From Heptranchias perlo (Eukaryota): 64,000 nt of DNA. Positions 13,501-28,500 of the stretch are shown here, piece by piece. The stretch is from positions 19,034,001 through 19,098,000 of the forward strand of contig NC_090357.1 of the NCBI RefSeq assembly GCF_035084215.1, in the 5' to 3' direction. The position numbers and the translations under genes are program-made. The first letter of the stretch is position 1. Each line of letters begins with the position of its first letter. The notes below the pieces were generated by a model, which saw nothing but the letters and a program-made list of their open reading frames with translations, ran no database searches and was not told the DNA's origin.

Positions 13501-16500
13501 GATAGTAGGGATATATTGGCATTCGGAGGACCATGGAGTGAGTGGCATTCTTGCAGTCCTCTGTAGGGAAGCCCCAAAGCAGTGAAGGAGCAAACACAAT
13601 ACATAGATTTGTCATGAATGCTGTGACTGGCACCATTGAGACTTTTAGCACTCAGTTACTGGAGGCTGCCATTGTTAGATTTGATAGACTGGGTGATCAT
13701 TTGGACAGAACAGTGACAGCAGGCTTTACCCACATTGGGGACAGTCTATAGGCAGCTCTCATGCAGGTCACAGGGGGTCAGCACAGCGGGTACCAAGGTC
13801 ATGGCAGGAGAAGGGTTTTTATTTCTCATTTGTCTGGCACCGTTTGTTGTTTTCAGTCATGACAAGGTTATATTGCTGGTACTGGCCAGGAAGAGGGCAA
13901 TGCAGGCTGAGGGTAAGAATAAAGAGAGAAAGAAAAAAATAACTTGCATTAATATAGTGCTTTTCATAACCTCAGGACATTGTAAAGCACTTTGCAGCCG
14001 ATGGGTTGCTGTGTCTGTCATGTTTGTGGGGACTACAATTTGTTTGCTGGACAGCTGGACAGGGGCAGGAGGGATCCATTATTGAAAATAGTTATTGACC
14101 AGTGCATTGGGCTCTCCTCTGCCGGCCTGCACAAACAGCTCCTCCATGTGGGCCTCCTCCTATTCTCAGGGGTTGCCGCTGATGTGTGGTCATTCCCTTC
14201 TGGGGGCTAAGCTGTGAAGGATGCAGCACATGTTGATGATCTTGTTCACCTTGCCTGGATTATACAACAGCAACCTTTCTTGTGCTGTCCAAAAAACAGA
14301 AGCGTTTTTTGAGCTATAATATAGTAATTGAGGTGGTAGCAAGGTCTTCATTGTATCAATGCGTTGCTGGTATGTTGGGGGGCTCCTGATGGGCATCAGT
14401 CAGGGTTGCCCTGGTGTCCCGAAAGCTCGGTGATCCCCTCAAATAGTTGCAGCGTTGTCAGTAATTTCCTGTTTATATCAACATTGTGGGTTCTTCTGTG
14501 GAGCCCTGATGGTCATCTGAATTCCACCCGCAGTGCCCTGCACTCTTGGAAAATTTGCCAATCAGATAAAGGTTCTGTGCCCTCTCCAATTGTTAGATGC
14601 TTTCCACTGGGAAAGTCATGAAGGTTGTCACAGCAAAATGGTAAAACTCTGTAGGTACACTTTTCATGTGCCAATAAGCCTATTCAAGTTAGAAGGAGGA
14701 TTCCTGTCACAAAATTTGGCATGGCATGATATGGCATGGTATGGCCTAGCCCCAAAGCTGATGATGCAGATGACCAGCACAACACCATTTTTGTCATTCA
14801 TGCAAAATAAGAGCTTATAAGTTTATCACAGATGAGTTATGACAAACTAGTCCAAGATTCCTCTCTTATCCCAATCAATATAACATTCTGGAAAAAAATA
14901 CATTGTTAAAAAAAGGCAAATTAAAGAATGGAAGATGTGGAATGTGGGAATCCATTCCCATTGGGTTGCTGTGGTACTCCAGCCAATCAAATGATAATCA
15001 TAGAGCAACTCTCTGTAAGTGCATCAAGGTCAGTATATAGCGAGAAACCAAGACGAAGCAGGGCACCACTAGACAAACCACAAGTTATATAAGCCCTAGA
15101 TATAATAGTGGATGACAAATAAACATTTCATTATCACTAAGCAAAGATCTGTATTTTATGCAACCCACTGTTGCTTGCTAGCACACTTGTCATCTTAACT
15201 GGTAAAGGACTAGCTGTTTCAATCTGCAGGACTGTGACATCAATTTACTTTGGTTAGCAAATACAGTCTGCCATGCATCAGGTGTGGTTTTGTCAATGGT
15301 TCTGAGTCGAATCAGGCTCCCAAATGTCATGAGATTAATACAGCATACCAGCTCTACTCTGAAATGCTTAACCATTTGAGGTCAGTGTAGCATCCTGCAT
15401 CTCAGTCAAAAACATATCAAGATTACAGCTCATTCTTGAACGCTATTAATTAAAGAGTTCCAGGATTCTGCAGAATTCTCTAGTTCTGCATTTCAATTTT
15501 CACTATAGGAAATGAACACATCAACTCTAAAATTATACCATGTGAGACTAGCATACGATTGCTTAACATATTTGTCCATAATTCCCATGTCTGCAATCAT
15601 AGCAAAAGTATTATCACATTTAAAATAAACATATTTTTAGATATTATCGTATCAGCAAAGACTATCCCACAGAAGTTTTTGCACAAAAGGAGGCCTTTCA
15701 GCCCATTTTGACTGTGCCAGCTCTTTGCTAGAGCAATCTAAAACTAATCCCTCCGCTCTGCTCTCTCCATCACCCTGTATCTTCCTCTGCTTCAAAAATG
15801 TATCCTCTTTTTCCTTAAAAGGTACAATTCTCTCTGCCTCAACTATTCCTTGTAGCAAAGTATTTCATGCTCTAACAACCCTCTGCACACAGAAATTTCT
15901 AACCTTTCTTCTCACTCTCTTGGTGAATATTTTAAGTTGATGATCCTATGTCGCTGATTTCCCCCTTCAGAGAAAATAGTCTTTCCCTATTCCCCCCAAC
16001 ATAATCCTTCATAGCTTTAATAACCTTCATGTAAGCTCCTCTTATCCTTCTCTGCTCTGGTGGAACTAGTCCCAATATCTGAAATAGCCCATTGCCTCTT
16101 TACTAAGACTAAAAATATAACTGGCATTTGAATACTGAGCAGCAGAACTCTGTGCATGCCTCTAAGCACTTGCATTCAAAGCTCTGTCTGACCAAAAGAT
16201 ATTGCTGAGCCTATTGTACAATTCTGTTCTGCTGTGCACAGCACTTTAAGGCAGGCACTTTATGTCAAACTGTTACCTGCAAAGCAGTACAGGGTCATTA
16301 AAAGAATCTGTAGATGTGCAAAATAGCGACATTGACCTAACATTATATCGTCAAATTGAATCCCCTTCCAAAATAATGAGCTAGAAGATTTGTGCTTTTA
16401 AATTATTTTTAAAGATACCAAATTGAAATTTAAAGGAAAGCAAAATCAGAGGAGGGAGACCTGTACCTTAAAATATATTTCAAAGGACTGACATAGAGTG

Positions 16501-19500
16501 GCAATTTTGTCATAAACTAAAAAACATTCATCTCACTATCATACACATGGAAAACTGGGGACACTGTTCTTTTTAAGAGTTGGGCACTAGATGGGCAACA
16601 TTTGTACCCTAAATCCAAATTTCCTCAATCTTTTATGCCAATTCTGTGAAACATGTGCTGAAACCCTCTGCTGCACATTAAATAACTCTGCCCAAATGAA
16701 TTTCCTGAGGTTATGTCAGTTTTGAATGGCTTAAAATTTACGCCTAAAATATATTTTCTGTATCTATGAATGCATTTTCGTGGCATCAGAGTGGTTTGCA
16801 CTAAAAATTGAAAAACATTCACTTTTGCATTTACTTGCATTTTCTGTGCCTAATGTGCATAAAGGAAGGTTTGACACCTTCAAACATTAACTTTCATGCA
16901 TAAAGAGGGACTTGAAGAAGGAATATGGTTTACGTTTGGTGCTTTCCTCTGGCCCCGATCATTTACGCTGATTTCCACTTGTTTTATGCTGGTTTTTACA
17001 TTCTGGCGTATGCTAATTAGATTCTCAAGCACTTTTGCTTGCCGACAGGAAGATCGGCATAACTTCCCGATTATTCAGGAAATTCCATGTCACTGTGATT
17101 AATCCATCTGGTGGCATGACCAGAATGAGAGAATCATGAGATCTGGTAATAGGACATTGGACACTGCAAATTATATAAGATACTTTCAGATAAGCTGGTA
17201 TTTGCATGGTCTGACCGAATATGAAATAAATGTATCCAATTAAATATATATTATACATTAAGTTGAAACATTCTTTTCCAACATAATTTCCTGTCATGTT
17301 GAAAGCACTAGTCAGCATGAAACTGGCTGCAAAAATGATTAATGACCAAAGTTAACAATGGTTCTCACCTCAGCTCGATGGATACATTAACTGGATCTGG
17401 AGAAAGAAAGAAAAAATACTTTAGAATCAAATGTTTTCTGGTAGGCCCTAACTTCCATATAAGCCTTCTCAGTTCTGATGATGGGATGGTCCACTCCACA
17501 GGTATCAGCAAAAATGGTCTTTTGTTGTTCCAATAAAGTGTATGCTTCATCAGATAGAACAGACATCTTGCCCCTGCCAGTTTTCTATTCCACCCACTGA
17601 TGGTCTGGCCGAGACATATAAAACTCACCAGATAAAACATAGATGAGGAAGACTATTGGTTTATCACAGCCCAATCTACAGTCCTGCATCACAACATCCA
17701 ACCGTTTCTTAAAAGATTCCACTTTCTACCGAAAGACAAAGCATGAATTCAAACTCCCTTCAGTCTCAAGTCTCCCAGATGGGAATACAGCAATAAAACT
17801 CTGTAGGTGTGAGATTGCTCTAGCAATACACTGACCTGCAGTTTCAGAAGAAGCCACAATTTGGTTTCAGTGATGATGAAAGGAGAAACAAAGTGCACAA
17901 AGGATTGGGACAGACAGATAGCACTAGAGTAAGAAATAGTATTGTGTTAGGTGGGATCAGACTAAGAGAGAATACAAGAAGGTCTACGATAGGTTTTCAA
18001 TGCATGTGTGTAAACACACGAAGTAGTAAACAAGTTTGGTGAGCTGCAGGCACAAATAGCCACATGGGAATATGATGTTGTGGCGATAACACAGACCTGG
18101 CTCAAAAAAGGGCAGGATTTGGTACTAAATATTCCTAGATACAAGATGTTCAGGAAAGATAAAGAAGGAAAGAAAGGAGGGGGATGGCAGTATTGATTAA
18201 GGAGAATATTGCAGTGCTGGAGAGAGAGGATGTCCTGTCAAGGACAGAATCTATTTGGTTAGAGTTAAGAAACAATAGGGGTGCCATTACACTACTGGGT
18301 GTATTCTATAGGCCACCAACTAATGGGAAGGATATAGAAGAGCAAATTTGCAGGGAAATTAGAGAGAGGTGCAAGGGCCGTAGAGTAGTGATAATGGGGG
18401 ACTTCAGCTCACCACCACCGTCTCAAGGGCAATTAGGGATGGGCAATAAATGCCGGCGTCGCCAGTGACGCACACATCCCATCAACGAATTAAAAAAACT
18501 TCAACTATCCTAATGTAGACTAGGATAGTAATAATACAAAGGGCAAAGAGGGGCAGGAATTTTTGAAGTGTGTTCCGGAGAACTTTCTTGACCAGTACGT
18601 TTCCAGCCCAACGAGGAAGGAGGCAATGCTGGATCTGGTTCTGGGGAATGAGGTGGGCCAGGTGCAGCAAGTGTCAGTGGGGGATTATTTAGGGAACAGC
18701 GATCAAAAAAGGGTGTAAGGATAAACCTAGCAACTGCAGGCCAGTCAATTTAACCTCAGTGGTGGGGAAACTTTTAGAAACGATAAGCCAGGACAAAGTT
18801 AATAATCACTTGGACAAGTGTGGATTAATTAAGGAAAGCCAGCATGGATTTGTTAAAGGCAAATCGTGTTTAACTAACTTGATTGAGTTTTTTGATGAGC
18901 TAACAGAGAGGGTCGATGAGAGCAATGCAGTTGATGTAGTGTACATGGACTTCCAAAAGGCATGTGATAAAGTCCGGCGTAATAGGCTTGTAATCAAAGT
19001 TGAAGCCCATGGAGTAAAAGAAGCAGTGGCAGCATGGATACAAAACTAGCTAAGTGACCATAAACAGAGAGTAATAGTGAAGGGTTGTTTTTCAGACTGG
19101 AGGGAGGTGTGCAGTCGTATTCCCCAGGGGTCGTTACTAGGACCACTGCTTTTCTTGATATACATTAATGACTTGGACTTGGGTATACAGGGCACTAATT
19201 CCAAATTTGCTGATGACACAAAACTTGGAAGTGTAGTGAACAGTGAGGAGAATAATGATAGGCTTCAAGAAGACATAGACAGGCTGATGGAATGGGCAGA
19301 CACGTGGCAGATGAAATTTAACGCAGAAAAGTGCAAAGTGATGCATTTTGGTAGGAAGAATGAGGAGAGGAAATAAAGGTTACAATTCTAAAAGGGGTGC
19401 AGGAACAGAGCGATCTGGGGGTATATGTGCACAAATCTTTGAAGGTGGCAGGGCAGGTTGAGAAAGCAGTTACAAAAGCATACGGGGTCCTGGGCTTTAT

Positions 19501-22500
19501 AAATAGAGGCATAGAGTACAAAAGCAAGGAAGTTATGATAAACCTTTATAAAACACTGGTTCAGCCACAGCTGGAGTATTGTGTCCAGTTCTAGGCACTG
19601 CACTTTCAGAAGGATGTGAAGGCCTTAGAGAAGGTGCAGAAAAGATTTACTAGAATGGTTCCAGGGATGAGGGACTTCAGTTACATGGATAGATTGGAGA
19701 AGCTGGGGTTGTTCTCCTTAGAGCAGAGAAGGTTGAGAGGAGATTTGATAGAGGTATTCAAAACCATGAAGGGTCTAGACAGAGTAGATAGAGAGAACTG
19801 TTCCCATTGGTGGAAGGGTCAAGAACCAGAGGTCACGGATTTAAGGTGATTGGCAAAAGAACCAAAGGTGACATGAAGAAAAACTTTTTTACACAGCGAG
19901 TGGTTATGATCTGGAATGCACTGCCTGAGGGGGTGGAGGAGGCAAATTCAATCGTGGCTTTCAAAAGGGAATTGGATAAGTACTTGAAGGGAAAACATTT
20001 GCAGGGCTACGGGGAATGGATGGGTGGGTGGTACTAACTGGATTCCTCTTGCAGAGAGCCGGGATGGACTTGACAGGTTGAATGACCTCCTTCTGTGCTG
20101 TAATTATTCTATGATTCTATCGTTCTATGATATCCTTTAATAAAACCTGTCCACTTGTTTGGAAAACATCGCTCCCAACAATAAACTTAGTGACTAAAAC
20201 GAAGTTTGTTTATATATAAAAAGCATCTCAAGGCAACCCCAAAGCTAGTCATCATGGAAAGGTTTCAAAGTATTAAAGGGACTGGACTTCCAACAAGCAT
20301 TTAATTCCTGTGGACACAACATTTAGCTGTTCCTTTCATAACTGGTGAAAGGAACTTGTTGAGGGTTTGAGCACAGCCACCTTAAAAACAAATTTACTTG
20401 GAAAAATGATGAATCAATGAATAAAAATGGTGTCACTGACACTAACATCATACCACAATGGCTGTCATTTAGTCTTGAAGCAATGGGAATGTGTGCTGTA
20501 CATGTAACAATTGTCTTTCTGCAGATCAGTTATCAGTAAAATAAATCCTCAATATAACTGCATGTGTTAGATCTCTAATGGGTCCTGTTAGAACTAGAAT
20601 TTTGAAAGTACCATCCCAAAACAGTTTTAGAGTCCAATAGTTCAAGGAACCAATATGAACATTTCAGTAATAGATAGTACTGCTGACCACACTCCCACAG
20701 CACTGCACAGCTTTCATGTCAAGCTTCGCTCAGTTGGTAGAACTTTTGACACCGATCAGAAGTTTGTGGGTTCAAAGCTACATTCCACTGCTTTAGCACA
20801 TCTAGGCTAACATTTCACTGCAGTACTGAAAACAAACTCAGTACTTGTGGGCGGTTTCGTACCATGGATGAGAAATGAAATCAAGGTCCTGGGGATGTTA
20901 AAGATCCCATGGCACTATTTAAAGAAGAGATTGGGAGTTTGAGTTCTCTCAGTGTCCTGACCAATAATCCCCCCACAACTAACACCACCAAATCACGAAT
21001 TAGCTGATTATTCATCTCGTTGCTGTTAGTGGAATCTTGCTGTGCACCATATGTTTGCCAGATAACGATAGTCATTGTACTTCAAAAGTAATCAATTGTA
21101 TGTGAAGCATTTTGCGACGTTTCTGAGAGCTGTGAAGAGCTGCTCATATGAATACAAGTTTTTATTTAAATTTTAACTGCCTTGGAAATGACAGGCAGAA
21201 ACAAAGTAACCGGCTGAATTTAATTTTGCATGATCTGTACTGAGGTAAGCTTTTGAGAAAATACTTAAAGAGTGGATTTCACCAACACTGAGGCTCTGAA
21301 GTTCACAGACTTTCTCCTGTTGCACTGCCAGAAAAGCGGTGGATACCCCATTTACGTACATATACAGACTTTCTGCCGCACTTCCGACGAACTTACGGCG
21401 ACCCATCAGGAGAAGACAACAAGATATAATTGTGATTAACTTTAACATGTTTATTGTTTTCCTTCCTTGTCTTGTTAAGTACTGATAATATCATTGTCAG
21501 AAGTAGTTGGGTGGACTTAGTAAGTCTGACAGTGTGAATTAGTTTCAGTAGATAGAATCAATAACATAGGTGCGTTGATGATCTTATCTCTTTAGTTGCC
21601 GTGTTATTTAGATCTCTTGCATCGTCATTCTCAGTTACTCTTACCGGTCATTTCCCAGATGGTGCCATCAGCATTAACAGTTCAAACAGATGTTCAAAAA
21701 TGTAATTTTTAATTCATTTTTAAATAATTAAAAAATAATAATAAATAATTAATAATTAAATAACTTCCAAAAGGGAATTGGATAAATATTTGAAGGGGAC
21801 AAATTGCAGGGCTATGGGGAAAGAGCAGGGGAGTAGGACTAATTGGAAAGCTCTTTCAAAGAGCCAGCATAGGCACAGTGGACTGAACGGCCTCCTTCTG
21901 TGCTATATGATTCCATGATTCTATGATTCTATGATTTTAATTGCACTGAAAACTCCAAAGAAAGGTCATATCTGGGTTGGAATAAAAGGATAACAATTTG
22001 TGCTCCCAGCACTGAGCCATGCTAAACAGGAGCATGGAATGGGAGAATCGTGGCAGTGGTATTAAAGTGCCATCTCCAATCTGCATTCCTGTCCAGCTTG
22101 GCTTAGCATTGGAAGCGCAGAATCACTAAAACATAAATGAAACCAGAAAAGTAGAATGCTGAGCAATAATGCTATTTAGGAGGTACCTGTTTTCCACCTA
22201 CCCATTCCACATTTTAGACTTTTAAGTGCTATTAATACAAACCTTGGGTTTAGTCTTCCACAGTGCACTTTCATTTATAATGACAACTACATACTTGCTG
22301 CACAGCCCATGGTTTGTTACAGTCCAACCTATAGGTTTTGTTTATTGCAGGACTGCACTCTTCAACAGAACATCTCCTAGTGTTGTTACACCTCCAAATG
22401 GTGGCCATATTGTATTTGACTGACCACACTGTTATTCTCTTTTTAAAACTTTTCCTCCTACAATTTACTTCTCTCTTATCCTGACTGATACGAGTTCCAC

Positions 22501-25500
22501 AGTTGTCTTTTGGTGGCGTACCCAAGTAGCCAATCCTCATGTCTGAGCCGAGACAGTGAATAGCAGGTTACTTGACTCATTGCGGGAGATATCACCCTCA
22601 TCTGACTCACATTCACGCGTGTCCAGCCTACTAGTTTGAATGCAAATGAGTAGGGCTTGACATGCACTGAGCAAGCGCAGGCTCCCACATGCATTGCCCT
22701 TGCTCCCCCTAATTCTTTCTGCAACTCAGTGCTCAAGAGTGTTCAGTGGCATAAGGAAGAACTGTGACAGGCAACAGATGGTCAGGTGCATCAACAAAGT
22801 TAAGAAGGAAACAGTGAAGGATATTTAGATAGAAGAGAATCATGTGTTTGTTATTTGCAAGCTGATGAATTACTTTGGGGCCGAAATTCCTTGGGGCTTC
22901 TCCTGCTGCACTCCGTATCTTCACTGGAAGTCCAGCAAAGTTACGGTGGTGCAGTAGCAGAGTCCGAGGAAATTCAGGACCTTTTTTTTTAACTGTCAAA
23001 CGAAGATCTATAACATGCTGCGGCCAATTCTCAAGTAAGATTGTTTGGCCCAGCATTATAAATAAATCCTTGTATGGATTTTGAAGCAAATGGAAGAAAC
23101 AATTCTACATTATTGTACTACACAGATTAGTTAAAATGTGGAGAACCTAATGCAGGAAATGGGTAATAATGAATGTAATACAGGCTTAACTTTACTCATA
23201 GTGCATTGAAAGGCTGTCCAGTGAGAGTTAATTTTTTTTCAATGCACTAATAGGAATGCAAAGGTTCACTCAGTGTCTCATAGAAAGTTGAAGTGCCCTT
23301 CACAATGTCAGTAAGCAATCGGTCCAACATGCATGGGAAGTGATTGTTTAGAGCATCAGTGTGGTGTCCACTACCTGAAGCAACGGCAATGACTGTCAGC
23401 CGTGGCTCAGAGGCAGCACTCTCGCCTCTGAGTTATGAAGGTTGTGGGTTCAAGTTCCACTCCAGAGACTTGAGCATAAAACTTAGGCTGACACTCCAGG
23501 ACACTGACACTGAGAGTGCTGCACTGTTGGAGGTGCTGTCTTTCAGATGAAATGTTAAACAGAAGCCATGTCTGTCCTCTCAGGTGGATGTAAAAGAATC
23601 GCATGCCACTATCTTGAAGAAGAGCAGGGGAATTCTCTCTGGTGTCCCGGCCAATATTTGTCCCTTAACCAACACCTAAAAATCATATTATCTGATCATT
23701 ATCACGTTGCTGTTTGGGAGACCTTGCTGTGCACAAATTAGCTGCCAAGTTTCCTACATTTCAACAGTACTTCATTGGCTGTAAAGCGTTTTGGGACATC
23801 CTGAGGTCACGAAACCCATGTCTTTCTTTTCATATAGGTATGATTGAAAATGATCTTACATTGCTTTGAACCTCTCTTGACGGAAGTTGTGGCTGTCACC
23901 TGTGTTTGCCCAAATACTTTCACAAAAGGCTACTGCAAGCCCAAACTTATGCAGTAACATGCTGGACGTACAACACAAAAGATAGACAGTAAGGATATCT
24001 CATAAATATTACAACAGACTACAAAAAGTATACGTGCAACTTGGCAGCTGATACATATTATTCACTAATATCCTTATAATGAGATAGACCTATAAATATT
24101 AATGTAATCACTCTGTTTTTCTAACTACAGCTTACACGGTATTTTATTCTAATTTGCCTAACATGGGGAAAATTCAAGATATACACAGTTGTGCAGTCTT
24201 CCCCTTTTTTCAATACTAGTTATCAGATAATAGTTGACAAGGCTGGTTTCACATCACCTTCTACTCATGCGATTAATTTGTATGCTGATTTATGGTAGTG
24301 TTTATAGCTTTGTTTTAATAACAGAATAATAGTGCTTGCATTTCTAAAAAAAAACTGCAAATGCTGGATATCAGAAATAAAATGAAAAATGCTGGATACA
24401 CATCTGCATCAATAAAGAGAAAAGACAAGTTAATGTTTTGGGTATGACCCTTCATCTGAACTGAACCTAATAGCTAAGCAAGAATTTTAGAAGGGTTGGA
24501 AAGGAGAAAGGGAAGAAACAAAAAATACTTCAAATCACGGAGAGGACATTTGTGCGTTAAATGCAAACTGCTTAGTAGAAAACTATCCAATGATGTAAAA
24601 GATTACCTCAGTGAGGCAATGGAAAGGCATTAACAGAACAAAATGGTAATTGCATCCATGTGATTTATATCAATTCATGTTAATTGTATTCAGGTGGTGT
24701 GTATCAATTGGGACTCTCGTATCCATGTATGAGAGAGCTTATCTAGGGTGTGGTGCTTGTAATGTGGAGCTCTGTGAATAAAGGCTTGGAAGCAACTGAA
24801 GACCAGGCTCTAGTATTCTATCCTTCACCACCAGGCTAGCCAACTTGTAACACAAAGGCACGTGCAAATAAACAAGTTGGTGAAAAGACATAGTAAAAGC
24901 CCACCACAAAGAAAAAGACAAGAAAATGGGGGCAATGGAGAAACAAAAATCTACAGATGCAGAAGGTATGAAATGAAAATCAAAAAAATTGCTGGAAGCA
25001 CATAGTACTGCATCCTGACATAGAAACTATGTCTGAATTTCCCCTTTAAACCCAAAAGACTTTTTATTTATTTAGTTTCTTATAATGCTGAATTGTTTCT
25101 GAAGTGCAGCAACCATTCTGTGTCAGCAGTGTCCCACAAATGGCGAAAGATGAATGAACACTTACACGGGCTGCAATCCCAGCAGTGAAGCCCCCACCCC
25201 ACAGCGCTGAATCCTACTGGGGTTTGCTGGGTCACTGAGAGGGCACCTCATTTGCACGAGGCCGGCAGCTGTCCATCCCATCTCAGGCGCCTACCAGCTC
25301 TGTACTACGAGAAACACGGGTGTCAGCTGTCACCCGGGGCGGTGCAAAGGGTGCCCAATATCCCTCCCAAGGAGAGATGATTTACTATCATCTTTGGCCC
25401 CATGGTAATGTACGGAAGCATCAACCGAGTGCCAGATTGGCTCAGTTGGTAGTATTCTCACCTCCAAATGAAAGGGTTGTGAGGTAAAGTCCTACTACAG

Positions 25501-28500
25501 ACTTGAGCACCTAATCTAGACTGACACTTCAGTGCAGCCCTGAGGGAATGCTGCATCGCTGGAGGAAACATTAAATCAAGAGCTTGTGAGTCCTCTTCGG
25601 AGGACATGAAAGGTCCTATGGCACTACTTGAATAAAAACAGTGAGTCTTTCCATAGCCTTGATCAAAATTCCTCATTCAACCAATACCAGCAAAAATAAG
25701 ATTATCTGGTCATTCATTCTTTTATTGTTTGTGACATCTTGCCATGTGCAAATTAGCTGCCATGTATGCATACACAACAATAGTGACAGCAATTCAGAAG
25801 AAATCCATCAATTGTACTTTGGAATATTCTGAGGACATGAGGAAGTGCTATATAAATGAAGTTCTTCATGTGCTCAAGTCCTGAAGTGGGTCTTCAACCC
25901 AAAAATATCTGGCTAAGGCAGGTCTGCTATCAACAGATTCAAACTGACATCTATATAGTTGGAAATGAAACTGTTTCCGTTTTGCTTGCTGCTCTGTGTA
26001 AGGGCAGGTTCTTGGGCCAGTGTAAACTGCAGCATTTTACGTATTGTAAATCTAGGGAAATTGTTCTTTCTGCACAAAATGTTGTACCTAGAAAATGTAG
26101 CCGAAGAACCTCTGAGTTTGAAAGTAAGACCACAGCCCATCTTTGCCCAATCATCCTTTTCATGTCACTGCTCAGGTATAAGTTACTAACTCTGTTGTTG
26201 GGCCAAGATCTTACCAGCACAACAGAAGGAATGGGCAAGATTAATTCCCTTTCTGGATGTTGTAAGTGTCTATCATTCCCCTTTCATTTTATGCCTCATT
26301 TAATGGTTTGACTGATTTCCACCTAAGATTTCATTTTCTAAATTTGACATGTGGGTGCATATACTGTCATTTGGAGCAAATGATTTGGCATGGTACAGCA
26401 CGACATCCCATAAATTTATATATTTACAGTATGTAGACTTGCTGCCTGAGCACTGCAATCAGACATAAAAAGTCCCAGAGATAGTGAAAATGCTGGTTTC
26501 TCAGTAGATTGGAGTGGAAACAAATAATTTGCCCTTATTCTGTTAGTTATTCAACTCTTTCCACAAATGCACCAAGGTAAATTCAGCATTTCAGATTTTG
26601 CACATCAAATCCTCCTCAACATTAGCATTTGGAATAACTGATCAGATGAAGTGTTCCACTGAAAGCTATCTTGCAATCTTTATTTCACATGTATATTTTG
26701 TAAATATATTTGTACTGAAAGTTCCTTTTCCAAACATTTGACATTTCTTCTTTCAATCAATCTGTTAAATTGTATTACACCACAGTAACTTTTTCGTAAC
26801 CACTTTGGAACTCTATAGAACGGACACGAACACATTCAGTTGTTACCACCAGCTCAGTAGAAATACAAATTAATTGCCTGTAAAAGCTGTGGTGTTACTA
26901 ATTTGTAAGATGGAGCTTAAATACCAATAACCACAGGATCAAAACACCCAGGCCCTGTGCAAGCTGCAGAAAACACAAATGATGTGGTCATCGTAGAACA
27001 CTACAAGAATAAATAGCATTGTAAAATTTGAAATATAATTCAATATCCTTTAATAATAGTTTATCAGAGATGAAAAATAATGTTTAATAAAATGCTGACT
27101 TGCTTTGCCTTTCAGATGGATTGTTGCAACTTTCTCAAAATCGATAATGGATTGTATTTGATTTCTCTCTTATCTGTGTTTGTTTCTCTCTTACATTTAC
27201 TGACATTGCAACAGTCAATGCACTTCAAAGTAATTTATCGCAGGAGACATTTCGGAGAAAAGTTATAAGTAACTATATAAAATGGACATTTTCTTTCTAA
27301 TTAAATTGAGTTGATGCTGGTGTTGTTGCTTTATTAGTTCCGTTAATTTCTTTTTGATAAATATTTACTATTTAGAAACTGGAAGGCATGCTTTAAATTC
27401 TTCGGCTGTGGTACTTTAGAACATGGAAATCTTCTCAAAATGAATGTATTTAGAACTTGAAGCACTGGAAGCAAATGACAGAGGTCAGCCCAATTCTCAC
27501 AATGGAAATAATTCAATTTCTAACTGTTGTAATAGTTGTATAATTATTTTCCCTCATTTAGAAAAAGTTATATCAAAGGATGCCTACTGTTAGACAACAA
27601 AATTTTTCCTTGTCTTATCCTTTTTGAAAGTATTCAGGGTTAAAATTATGCCATGCAATATTTGCAATAGAACGTGTAAATGCACTTGTATGAAGTTCCT
27701 CTAACCACTATTTTAAGGAAGGTGTTGTTTGGATTAATGTCTAGGGCAAAATATAAACAACTGAACATATTCAAAATTAATACCACATAGCGAAAGTCAT
27801 CCGCTTCAAGGTTTTACTATGAAAGTTATTTTTAGTAGAGCAGTTTTTATCATGATTTTATGGTCTCAACCTTTTGCTTCTGGCTTGGTTGTTGTGAGAA
27901 AGTGCATTACAATGCATCAGGGAGGAATAACTTACTTCTGTGAGGCCTGTAGCTTTTAACGAAATAGGGACTTACTAATGTCACAAGATTACAACTGGGT
28001 CATGTAAAGACTGTTGTTAATATAACTAATTGTAGCAAGCTTCACTCTCAATATGCCTTCATAAAAATAATCAGTTGCAAAGAATTGTGATCAACTTCAA
28101 TATAATTTTGTTTTTTGTCTATCTATTTCTGTGTATTCTTGGATTTTTAAAAAAATAGTTAGTGCTGACAACATAATTGGGGAGCTTGCTTAGAGGAGGT
28201 GCTGAGACTGAAAGTGTGATGGAGGCGAATCAATATCAAAAGATATACAGCCATTAACGACTGCTTCAGCCACTGTGCAGTAATTCAGCTCATTCATAAT
28301 AATGGGTTTAGTAATTCCACCGAAATAGTTTCCTCAATAATATTATAGGTCACCATTAAAAAGAAAATATGAAGACTACCAACAGAAAAAGGATGTTAAT
28401 CAGAATTCTATGAAATTGATTTATTGAAATCTGCTCGGAGAGTTCCTCACTATTGATGCACTGGGTATGTGACTATATCAATTGAGTCCGTGCATTGTTT

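Noticed and set aside
21173-21448. 91-aa ORF with signal-peptide-like start
   Set aside because: No domain features or splice support; CpG-rich patch more likely a TE remnant.
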